Source of the DNA: Hydrolagus colliei
Lineage: Eukaryota
Direction of reading: 5' to 3'
DNA: 64,000 nucleotides
NCBI GenBank assembly: GCA_035084275.1
Contig: CM068745.1
Location: forward strand, 87,792,001-87,856,000
Shown: positions 1 to 11,000 of the stretch, one piece after another
Layout of the letters: each line of letters opens with the position of its first letter
How positions within the stretch are numbered: the stretch's first letter is position 1
Notes under the pieces: model-generated
Told to the model about the DNA's origin: nothing
Databases searched by the model: none
What the model saw: the letters and a program-made list of their open reading frames with translations, nothing else
Translations under genes and position numbers: made by a program

Positions 1-207
1 TCATGGACAGAGCAGAGAATTGGTTTTAAAACATAGAAGAATATAGAGACACTATATAGAGACACTCTATAGACACTCTAACATCAATACAGGATTATTG
101 GGGCCAAATGTTTCTGAATTGTAATAGAATTGTAATTTCTATGAGGACGACTGTACAAACGGAAACTTTGAAGTCGTGTATAAATAAATGTCCTGCTTGT
201 TTTTCAG

Positions 208-1349
208 CTCGTCCAATAGTCAAGTTAAGAGAAGAGGCTCTGCCTTTGTCAGATGGTACCAAACAGCTGGTCTGTGAATCGCTGGAGTTCTACCCTCCCG
301 ATATTCAGATATCCTGGTTTGAGGATGGACAGTTCATCGCCAATGGGACAGACAATGGGACCCTCCAATCTAACAGCGACGGCTCATTCTCCGTCACCAG
401 TTTCCTGAATCTTTCTGTGTCCGTGGGGAATGAAACGAAAAATTATTCTTGCCAAGTGAATCACTCCACGCTGTCCGCGCCCGTCATTGAATGGATTCCT
501 GTCAATCTTCACGGTGTTCATCTCAACGACTCTTCGGGTGAGTTGCTATTCTTTTGCCTCCTTCCCGGAGCAGAAAGCGTCTTAATGCTGTGACGTGGGA
601 AAGGCAACTCGAAGTGCTTCGGGAATAAACCAGTGAGTGTCGTGACTGTGTAATGAGTCAATTCATCGTACAGCGTACTCGGTGAAGAGCTTTGAGACGT
701 TTCAAAGACGTCATCAGGGCCTGTATCAGATGCAAGGGTGTTATTATCATACTGTCATGGCAAATAAGAGAATTAATAATATTATTATTACGTATTTTTG
801 TGAGATGCTATTTACCTCCTTACTGGAGCAGAAATTGTCTCACATTGTTATGTAGGAGGGCAACTCAAAGTGCTTCAGGAATAAACCACCGAGTGTAATG
901 CTTGTGTCATTTGTCAGTCATTATCCCGACGTAATAAATATCACAAACCAGTGGATACCAGCGCTGAAAAGGGTGATTGCACCTGCGGATAGAGTCACGC
1001 CCAAGCGTTGTGACAAGAGTAATAGTGAATGTCTCCCCATCGATCTATCACTAATATAGTACTGTATCACCTGTGAGAATTAACACATTCACACTGCGAT
1101 TTTCACTCCATTGCGGTGTTATTAGATATATCAATCGAAGTTGTTGTTATTGGTCGAAAGTCTACTCTGTGGTGCAAAGCCGGTAATTCAGCATTTAATT
1201 CATGTCATCAACGATTCTTAATTTCATGTCATTCACAGATCCTGATAACTTTGCGTGGCTGTGGATACCAATAGCCGGCAGTGTAATCCTGATGATTGGA
1301 GTTGTGGTGGTGGTTATGGTTGTCCTATTCTTTAAACACTCAGCTTCAA
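208..1349 (+). CDS. 3' part of a B7-H6/NCR3LG1-like Ig-superfamily membrane protein: C1-set exon 208-537 and transmembrane exon 1239-1349; 5' exons lie upstream of the window
   Basis: Acceptor ttttcag|208 and donor 537|gtgagt; acceptor ttcacag|1239 and donor 1349|gtaagt; all junctions phase 1. Translation ARPIV...LVCESLEFYPPDIQISW...NSDGSFSVTSFL...YSCQVNHSTLSAP has the C1-set pattern (C..FYP..I..W, DG.F...S.L, Y.C.V.H) and resembles the B7-H6 C domain. The TM exon gives FAWLWIPIAGSVILMIGVVVVVMVVLFFKH. Confidence 0.8.
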
Positions 1350-1583
1350 GTAAGTTCTCATCTCTTTTGTACCTTTGTTTTTTGGTCAACCTGGTACCTG
1401 ATATGTGCGGAAACCCATCACCATGCTTCAGAATATCCAAACCAGATTGAGAGTTCCACGTAGGTAATAATAATAATAATAATAGTAATAATCCTTGCAT
1501 TTGATATGGCACTTTTCACAGAATTTACAGAATGTCTTTACAGAATGTACTGTAAAGTGAATTGACTGTACGACTCCTTATGT

Positions 1584-1930
1584 GGAGCTCCTGTGGCTCA
1601 GTGGTTAGAGCGCTTGTCTTGCAAGTTGGGGAGACCAAACTGGGGAGACCTGTGTTCGAATCCAGGCAGGTCAGGGCCAAAACTTGGGCAAGTTTCCTTA
1701 CTCCACACACCTAATAATAATCCTCCCCCCAAAAAAACCCACAATAATAAAATTGGTCATTCCAATCCACGATTGTTTGTGGGACACTGCTGTGCGCAAT
1801 TGGCTGCCGCGATTCGCCCACAAATATATACAGTCAATTCACAGTATATTCTGTGAAGCGCTTTGGGACATCGATAAGATGTGAAAAGCGCTATATCAAA
1901 TGCAAGGATTATTATTATTATTATTATTAT
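1584..1930 (+). mobile_element. Full-length tRNA-derived SINE (dominant family of this window)
   Basis: tRNA-like head with A box (tggctcagtgg) and B box (gttcgaatcc), shared body ctgtttgtgggacactgctgtgcgcaattggctgccg, tail gtgaaaagcgctatatcaaatgcaagga(tta)n. Many copies in the window. Confidence 0.9.
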
Positions 1931-2056
1931 ATTTGTGGCTGCCATTTGCTCACAGGAGCGTCCCCACAAACAGTGATATGTTGCCTACACATGTGAATTT
2001 CCCTGTGTCTGGAATGGAATGCAAGAATGCTCTCTCTCTCTCTCATCTAATTCCAG

Positions 2057-2238
2057 AGAATATTAGGCGCAGGTTGGGCCAATGTCAAGATTTTTGGGGA
2101 CCCCCAGAGTGTGCGTCTGCGAATCTCGTGGAGTTTAACCAGCAAACACGACGTAAAGCAATAATATTGAAAGTACTGTCTGGCAAGCCTCCCACTTCAT
2201 GTCCAGCTAGGACCACCTTTCTTACCAATGAGGTCTAA
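2057..2238 (+). CDS. Candidate cytoplasmic-tail terminal exon of the B7-H6-like gene
   Basis: (TC)n-rich tract and ttccag acceptor at 2056. Phase-1 entry is in frame and open for 182 nt: (K)NIRRRLGQCQDFWG...FLTNEV*. A basic cluster follows the TM segment. No homology support. Confidence 0.35.
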
Positions 2239-3199
2239 ATAGAGTCATTTCAAATGGAAGTCCTTAACCGAGGACTCTTAACCAATGCCTCGTACATTTG
2301 CTGTGACTTGAGGAGAATTCCCAAGAGCCGATGTGACACACTTTGGGTTACAAGAAGGACTTTCCCTGCTGCTCAGATTCTATAAATAGGGAAATAAGGA
2401 CAACATTATTTAAGGAATCCTGTTTGAAATGCCCCAGCATTCTAGGCCAAAATACATCCATTTCAGGCATTCCTTACAGTTGACCTGATACAAATTTAAC
2501 TTTCAAACAAGTGTTTGTTATTGAACTTGACCCCATTTACATGTTGCAACTTGTATAATTTTATCAGATAAGCCGCGACAGACTTTATTAAATGTCTGAC
2601 CTTCTTCCTCCTTCGTTTGATTCAGAAACAAAAGCTCCTTCGCCCAGAGACATACCGGTAACACCGAAAGATCAACATGATGTGAGAGAACAAGTGCCAG
2701 AATCAACTAATAATGAGGAGTTTGGCATATACACATTACTCGGTCAAGGACTGCGTTTGCCTGTTTGAACAAGCGATCTCTTTTACGGTCTGATATGGTC
2801 AAAAACCAAGTTACATTTTTGCAAGACTCTGACAGTAGAGCTATTGAAGGATGGTGGATACGTCCGTATGTTTTTTGAATGTTTTACAGACTCTTAAGTT
2901 ATTGCCTCACTGATACCGAGACTACGGTATCTTGTGTGGTGACATGCAAGCGTTGTTTATGTAAAGTAAAAGTCTTGGATTGCGATGTTGTTGTTGGAAA
3001 AAAAAACTAAATACTTATCTAAAAATAATAAGATACGGCACACAGGTAGTTTTTTTCACGACTACTCCCAGTCTCCAGCCAGTGCCTTGGGACATCCTCC
3101 CGACATGAAAGGCGATATACAAATGAGATTTTGTTGTTGTATTTTCTGCCACCTCTCATATGTTTCATGCGTGCGGAATACACTGACCGCACAAAACTG

Positions 3200-3425
3200 T
3201 GGAGCTCCTGTAGCTCAGTGGGTTAGAGCGCTCGCCTTACGAGCGTGACACCTGTGTTCGAATTCAGGCAGGTCAGGTGGCGAAACCTTGGGCAAGTTTC
3301 CTTACGCCAGACACACGCCTAATACTCCACAAGCCACACTATATTCTGTGAATGAAGCGCGTTGAGACGTCGATAAGATGTGAAAAGCGCTATATCAAAC
3401 GCAAGGATTATTATTCTTATTATCA
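3200..3425 (+). mobile_element. Internally deleted copy of the same tRNA-SINE
   Basis: Head gagctcctgtagctcagtgggttagagcgc joined to tail gtgaagcgcgttgagacgtcg...caaggattatt, with the central body missing. Confidence 0.8.
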
Positions 3426-3549
3426 TAATCAAAGTTAGACCTGCAATGTGTGTGTGGCAATGACGGTAGGCATATTAAGTTTAATGTAATGCCCACATTT
3501 TAATACATTTTAAAAATCATTTATCAGTTGAAACTCAAATCAGACAGTC

Positions 3550-4230
3550 ACATCTAGGCTTGACCACGCCAACACCCTACTTGTCGGCCGTCCCGATTCT
3601 TCATTCCACAAAATGCAAATCGTCCAGAACTCTGGAGCATTTTGTTCCTCTCCCACATCCAGACCCCATCATCCCCACCCTCGCCCGGCTCCACTAGCTC
3701 CCCCAACTCCCAGAGAATTCAAAACCTTTATCCTCGCCTTCAAGGCCCTGCGCGGCCTTGCCCCTTGCTACCCCTGTGACCCGCTAAACCAATATCAACC
3801 TATCCGCTCCCTCCGCATCGCCTGCCTGGCCAAACCCACCGTCTGCGATCGGGTCTTCAGTCTCTCTGACACCACTCACTCCATCCAACATTACTTTTGC
3901 TTTGCTCCCTCCATCCCGCCCTCTTTGAACGCACATCTCTAGACCTCTTTGACCACGCCTTCAGCCACCCTCCTACAACAACAACAACAACTACTTTGAT
4001 TTATATAGCGCCCTCCACGCCGGACGACGTCTCAGAGCGCTTCACAATAGCGGATCCCGGGACCAAGCCAGGGGCAGGGGGGAGGAAGGTGACCAAAAGC
4101 TCGGTCGGAGAGAAAGGTCTTTAGCTGTGTGACCTGAAGCTGGGAAGAGAGGGGGACGAGGCGAAGGGAGTGTGGAAGGGAGTTCCAGAGCCTCGGGGCA
4201 TAGTGGCTGAAGGCCACTACGAGGGTGGAG
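3550..4230. mobile_element. Two L2-type LINE 3' fragments in opposite orientation (about 3550-3980 on +, 3985-4230 on -)
   Basis: L2 C-terminal motifs: FKTFILAFKALRGLAPCYPCD on +, and AFSHYAPRLWNSLPHSLRL...LKTFL on -. Confidence 0.7.
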
Positions 4231-4839
4231 CGGAGGATTCGGGGGATGGGAGAGAGCCTACCTCTCACCCCCCGCCTCCCAACTCTCCAAACTCGCTGAA
4301 GCCAAACTACCTCCCACCCCCCCATCACCCCCCACCACCCCCCCGCTTGGGTCCCAATCTTGACTCTCCATGGATCAACATTACAATGAATGAACGCATC
4401 CAATAATAACAATTCGATATAGTCTTTTGACTTCTTGAGACATCTGAGGTGCTTTGCTGAATATACTGTAAATTGAATTGACTTTTTTTTGTTGGGGGTT
4501 GGGAGGAGGGGGGTGAGAGGTAGGCTCTCTCTCTCGAAGTGCACTGTCCTATCTAAAACTAACGTTTGGTGTGAAACGCTAGCACAGTTCCTAATATAAA
4601 ATACTGTATTATCATAAACGTATTGCTCAGCAAAAGAGTTCCGCCAAACTGGTTTGGCAGCAGCGGTCACAATGCACTGATTGCGTGACAATGCATAATA
4701 CAGTACAGTAGACCAAAGTACAAACAGTAAGAGGAAGAGAGCTGCGAGGAACCTTTGGGAAAAAGACAACGATTGAATATGTAAGTACAGGAGAGGAAAT
4801 ATGTTCAAATAGTGTTTAGTAACAGTGTATGTGATTCAA

Positions 4840-5065
4840 CCCATCAGTCAACACACACTTTTTTCCTTTTCCTTTGTCTTCTTTCTCTCCATTGCCTTCC
4901 ATGTCCTGCCTCTCCCCACTTTAACGTCCTTAAGAAACCTCTCCCTCCGAACAAGCCCCAGTCCTGACGAAGGGTTGTGGAGCCGAAACGTTGACTCACT
5001 TTCCTCTCTCCATGGATGCTGCCTGACCTGCTGAGTTTCCCTCAGCAACTTCTATTTTGTGTTTT
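4840..5065 (+). mobile_element. Penelope-like element 3' terminal fragment
   Basis: ctgacgaagggttgtggagccgaaacgttgactcac...gatgctgcctgacctgctgagt is the same terminus found attached to the GIY-YIG remnant at 29490-30392. Confidence 0.7.
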
Positions 5066-5249
5066 ACGTTAAACATGTATTAGCTTTTAATGTCGTGTAC
5101 AACTTTTCACGTAGCAGTACAACTTTTTCACTTGATTTTGATTCACAATACGGGGTGGGGTGCCTGGAGTGTTGTACTAGAAGCTGTGTTGCTGTAGCGT
5201 TTTACTGGTGCTCAGAGACAACATCAACAGCGGCAACAGAATCACATTT

Positions 5250-5510
5250 CGAGAGCGCCTTTCACGTCGGGAGGACGTCCCAAGGCACTGAACAGTCAGG
5301 GGTTAGGAACCGAGCATATATGTGGGGTGGCACAGTTGGGATGAGGGAGGGCAGAGAGGTACGAGGGCGGCTGAAGGCACACGGTCAAAGGGGAGGCTCT
5401 TGAGATCGGTCTTGAAGGAGAGGCAAGGGAGGGAGCAAGTTGAAGGAATGGATCGCCTTTCTGCCCCCGTCCGGCAGACACGATAAATCTCCTTGGGCTC
5501 AGTCCTACTC
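5250..5510 (-). mobile_element. L2-type 3' fragment
   Basis: gagcgcctttcacgtcgggaggacgtcccaaggcactgaacagtcaggg terminus shared with the other L2 ends in the window. Confidence 0.65.
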
Positions 5511-7312
5511 CCATCCAAACCAGCTGTCATCACTTCCCCTCCTTAAAAAAAACTACTCTTAATCCCTTCAACCTCGCGCATTTTCATACTGTCCGTTTTC
5601 AAACCCGCCTTTCCTGGCCAAAGCTCTCATTGCAAATGCCTCATTGCAAACCAACTTCACTCACACGTCTCCCTCCACTCCCGACTTGAACGCTAACAGA
5701 TATCACCCAGCTCGGAAACAGCACTGGTCAAAGGATCAAATAAAGTCCTCTCTCTCTCTCTCGCTCTCTATGACCAAGATTCCCTTCAGCCACCTCGCCA
5801 CGAAACTCTGGAAACTCTCTCCCTCATTCCCCCCCAGCCTTGCCCACTCCTTTAAATCTCATCTAAAGATCTTCCTTTTTAATTGGCCTTACGATCTCCT
5901 CCCCACTGCCTCCGATTCGTTGTCATTAATACCGCTGTCAAGTGTAGTGGCCCTAACTGTAAGGATTTTAACCCGAGAATCTGAACGTCAGTGAAAGACT
6001 GATGTGCAGAGCGGAAGTATCCTTTTATCCCTGGGAAACATCACAAACCGAACTTGACTGTATGAATATATATCCATAATTTCATCCACACGTACACAAT
6101 TACTACAGCCTACAGTAAAATCCTTCAAGCTCTTTGAGACCTTTCGACAACTCAACAAGGTGCTGTATAAAATGCAAGGATTATTACTACTAATATTAGA
6201 ATGCCCTGGTTATTATTATTAATAATAATTTTATTAATATTAACAATATTTATAAATATTTTACTTGAACAAAAGCAGATTTTTTTTAGCAGATACACTT
6301 GCCATAGCTACTGTACGGTAAAATAAAATTATATTTGCTGTACACATTTCAGTTTCCAACTTAAAAATCTCATGCATTGCATGAGTATTCGGGTTGGACT
6401 TTTCAGACCCTGTCCTTTCGCCGTTCTAAAGCTTCCTAAAGTTAATATCTAATCTAGGTTAAACAGAACAAACATACCAACAAGTCCGCTCTAAGGGTAT
6501 GTCCACAAAATGTTTTGCAAGATACGGGGCTATAAAATCAATGTCAAGTCATATAATTCCAAACTCGCGTATTGAATTCATTTGGTTTGTAATACTTCAT
6601 GCCTTAAGCAGTGTTGACATTGTTGCTTAGTTAATTGGTGATTTGATTTTTAATTGGACTTGCCAAATAAAATGTTTCCACAAGATTACGATGGAAACAA
6701 ACCAATCTGCTGTCATTTCTGGTAAAAGTGACATGAGAAACCTATGTAAAGGCAGTTGGTGGCTTAGGACGAGAGAATGTTCAGCCTCCCCACCCACCCT
6801 TCAATCGATCTACAGCTCACCTCTTTCAGGGGTCTGAGCTGTGAGGACCACTGGCAATCCTCCAAGGACCTTCTTGTGTGCCATTTGACCGCTGCGCTTG
6901 CCTACATATACACAGTCAGTATACTTGCCATCAGTTAGGTTGTTAAGTACTTTGAGTTGCTTTGAAGGTCTATCAAATAGAAGGATTATTATTAGCAAAC
7001 AGGTTTGACTTAGAATAAAATACTTTGGGGACGGAGGTGAGTCACTCAATGTTTCTCCAACCGCCTCTCTCTTCTCCCTCCCCCACTCCCCCCTCCCCCC
7101 TCACTCTCTCCTCCCTCCTTTTTAGACAAAAGTAATTCACCGACAATATATACAACATCTCACCACTTTACAGTATATCCTGCGAAGCACTCAGTGACGC
7201 CCCACGTGAGGAGGCGATAAGACGTTATGGCAAACGATAGGATTATTTATCAATTACTGTTAAGTCTGCTTGCTCAATTTAGAATCACCGAGTCATTTTA
7301 CGTCTCTCATTC

Positions 7313-7444
7313 AGAAATGCTGCACAGCTTCGATTAAATAACGAGCCTCTTCAACAGAAGGATGATTCGTGAAGTCAACCTTCTGCTCTGCACTGAGAAG
7401 GGAGGTGCCGATGTTTCAACTTTGTGGGCTCTTTTTGTGATATG
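7313..7444 (+). other. Putative 5'-UTR exon of HHLA2 ending in ATG
   Basis: Acceptor tctcattcag, strong donor gatatg|gtaaga at 7445, 0.6 kb upstream of the leader exon; contains several short uORFs. Confidence 0.5.
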
Positions 7445-7494
7445 GTAAGAACTTTGGTCTCTCTATTTTACTTCAACGAAAGCCGTTTAGTTGA

Positions 7495-7765
7495 CAGCCT
7501 GGATGGGTCGATTGCTCTCTCGCCTCTTAGTCTGGAACTCCATCCCGCAATCCCTTCGCCTCGCTTCCTCCCTATCCTCCTTCAAGGCCGGTCTCAAGAC
7601 CTTCCTCTTCGACCGCGCCTTCTGCTCCCATCCTAACTCTCCCCCCTTTCCTACTCTCCTTCCCCCTATCCCGAACCCCCCAACCCCACTCCCCCCCCCA
7701 GCTCCCCCCACCCCCGTTGCTCCGAGCCTTGGGACGTCCATCTGTAATCGTGTTGTTGTTGTTAG
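7495..7765 (+). mobile_element. L2-type LINE 3' end
   Basis: [31 protein letters not shown] followed by gccttgggacgtcc...(gtt)n tail. Confidence 0.8.
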
Positions 7766-8068
7766 TCGGAAGGCTGTGAGGATTTTGAGCTAAATGATCA
7801 ATGTTGAGGGAACTTCCATTGTCTAGGGTTGAGGTTGTGTTCAGTTTCCTGAAGCTCCATTTTACCTGGCTCGGATAAAACATTGCGGATTCTCATGCCA
7901 ATCATTGTGCGTGGAGCTAATATATTCTGGGAGTCAGCTGATAAGGTGTAAGCCAAACACATCGAGTATTTTGAAATAGTTCTGTTGGATTTCAACCGAA
8001 CCATTATTTTTTTTGTTTCACTTTTAGAATTTGGACTCTACACATTGTGAACTGAAGGAACCCGAGAA

Positions 8069-11000
8069 ATGTTCCCTCATATATTTTCCATCTGCGTTTT
8101 CTTGCAAATTTCAAGTTCGGGTAAGTGCAACCTGTCACCCGGTGTAAGTTTTGGCGAGCGTTTCTCGGTTGGTTAATAACTCTTAAGATAATAATGAAAC
8201 ACCGGGAACTAGATGAGAAAGATGAAAGTGATAGCCTCATGGAGTAAACGCACAGGTCCCCAAAAGTTATGTTTAACTATCCATTGTGCCGTCTGCCGTG
8301 GCGGTGGTGTGGCCTTCATCTCCAGAGCGCCACTCGTTCTATCCCCCTAATTCCTCTGGCTCATTTGACTCATTCGAGCACCTTACCCTCTGCCTTCCCT
8401 CCAATACCTTCCCGCAAAATCGTCCTCATCACCGATATCACCAGCACCGATGAGGCCATCTCCGACCACCACTCAATAGTCTTCAACTCCTCGATCCCTC
8501 TCCTCCACCGCCACCAAACCCACCTCCATCCTCTACTGCCTCTGGAAGATATTCTCCCCACAATTCCTCTCTGCAGCCCTGGAATCATCCCCTCTGGTCT
8601 ACCACCCCCTCTGGCCTACCACCCACACTGACTTATCCTCCTCACTCACTCACTATCCTCCATAGTACCTCCTGCACTATCCTCGATTCCCTTATCCCCG
8701 TCACCTCCCGAACTGCCTCCTACTCATGAACCTCACCCTAGTTCACCAGCCACCTCCATTCTCCCAAGGGTCAGGTGCGCCTATTCTCTCCTCAAATTCT
8801 GACCATGAGGAGATGCTGGATTTCCTCGACTCCAAAATCGAGGGAATCCGTTCAGCTGCCTCTGCGCTCCCAATTGGCAGACCTCCCCCACGCACATTCC
8901 GACCCCGACCTATTCCTCCTTCCACATTTTCAAACCTGTCTCCCACTCCTCTGTCTTCACCACCATATCAACCATGAAGCTCATCACTTACTCCCTTGAC
9001 TCCATCCCACCCCTCTCCTTACCTCCCAGCTTGAAACAGTCGTTGCTTCCATACTTTGCTCTTTCCTCCCACTCCCGCCACATGAGGCCCTCCAATCTCA
9101 CAACATGGAAACTGCTCTGGTCAAGGTCACAAACGAGAGCCTGTCCATTTGTGACCAGGGCTCCTCGTCCTACCTCGATGCTGCTTTCGACAACAGGACC
9201 ACTCAATCCTTCTCCAGTTCCTCTCCTCTCCTCTCATCTCAAGCTTCAAGGTCCTGTGCTTGACTGGTTGAGGTCTCAACTCTCACACCGCCTCCAATTT
9301 TTCTCCGCCAACAGTTTCTCTTCCAGCCCCCGCACCGTCTCGTGCGGTATTCCTAAACGATAATAAATTGGTCATTTCAATCCACGGCTGTCTGTGGGAC
9401 ACTGCTGCGTGCTCCCGAAGTTTCGCCCACCAATGTACAGTCAATTCACTTTACAGTACATTCCGTGAAGTGCTTTTGAGACGTCTAGAAGATGTGAAAA
9501 GCGCCATATCAAATGCAAGGATTATTATTATTATTATGAGTTAATTTGTGTGACTTGATTTATTTCAGTTGGCGACATTGTTGCTGTTATTTCCAAAGAT
9601 ATTGTTCTACCATGTGGATTTCCCTCGACTGACCTGGGCCACATAATACTTCACTGGACTCGGGGAAAGAACAGTGTTGTCCACAGCTTTTATCAACGCA
9701 GAGATCAATTTGACAACCAAGAACAACCCTACCGAGGAAGAACCAAGCTGTTCACCAGTGAAATCACCCGTGGCAATGGATCCCTTCTTCTTTCAAGACT
9801 TAACATTAACGACGAAGGAGAATACAAATGTTACGTTAGCACACCAGTTGGAAAATTCGAAAGCCAGATTTTCCTCAAAGTAGGAGGTGAGAATGCATGC
9901 AATTGAATACTGAAGTAAAGCTTTGGGAACTTAAATTGCACCATTGATATTACCTTGCGTATCCCGGTTTGGTTGCACCCGCATGTTACTGGAGGAGGAG
10001 TGCAGGCAAATATGAATAACGAGTGCATTTTGCATAGGATCTCTCCCATCTAGGAGGATGTCTTAAAATGTTTTGCTGCATACGTGGAGTGTCCGTGTCT
10101 TCTGTGGGCAAATGTGGCAGCCAATTTGCGCATGCCAATGTCTCACCAACAGAGCTAGAGTGAATGATCACTTTCATTTGGGAGATTGTTGGCCAAGACA
10201 ATGGATAGATTCTAATGTATCTCAATTATTCACACGCAAGATGAAAATTGTATTATTTTCTTTCAGCGGAATATCGCAATTTGACGCTGACCCCACCGAA
10301 TATGCTCTCTGTTGAGACTATGCCTGTACGTCTTAACTGTTCAGGATCTGGGGGATATCCAAAGCCTATACTGTCATGGCAGATAGTAACCAATGACAGT
10401 AAGAACGAGAAGAGTTTCAGCCCATGCATCGACATATCTAATGATACAGATGGACGTTTTATGGTTCAAAGCTATTTGAATATTACCCCAGCATCAAATC
10501 AAACCTACAAATGCAATATTAAGAACGATCTCCTAAATCAGTTGTGGACTGGATCCTGGAAGATGCAAGGTATTGACTTACTTAATATTCATTCAGGGTT
10601 GTTTTCATGTGAAAAAAAAACTGCCACAGTATTGGGATTTGCATGGGAGTTGATTAGAAAAAGAAAATGTTATTTTCTTCTAACTCCTTAAAGCTTATTT
10701 GTAAATAATCCAGGTTCACTGCATACAGTCTTGAGGGAGAGGGAATAAAAAATTATTGGAGAAGTATCAAAAGGGGTGTCAGGCTCATGTCAGCCCCAGC
10801 ACAGACTCATTGGATTTATTGGACTTGTTGGGCCAAACAATGCTTTTAATGTTTCATAGTTTCGCCCACAAATATACAGTCAATTCACTTTAAAGTATAT
10901 TCGGTGAAGCGCTTTGAGACGTCGATCAGATGTGAAAAGCGCTGTATCAAATGCAAGGATTATTATATATTTATAGTTGTAATTCAATTGGTTGACAAAA

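Noticed and set aside
108-593. 161-aa single-exon ORF
   Set aside because: Only 208-537 is exonic; the N- and C-terminal parts are intron read-through.
600-900. ~45-bp direct repeat (ggcaactc.aagtgcttc.ggaataaacca) at ~602 and ~858
   Set aside because: Only two copies, flanking a SINE fragment; most simply a local duplication, and not CRISPR-like.
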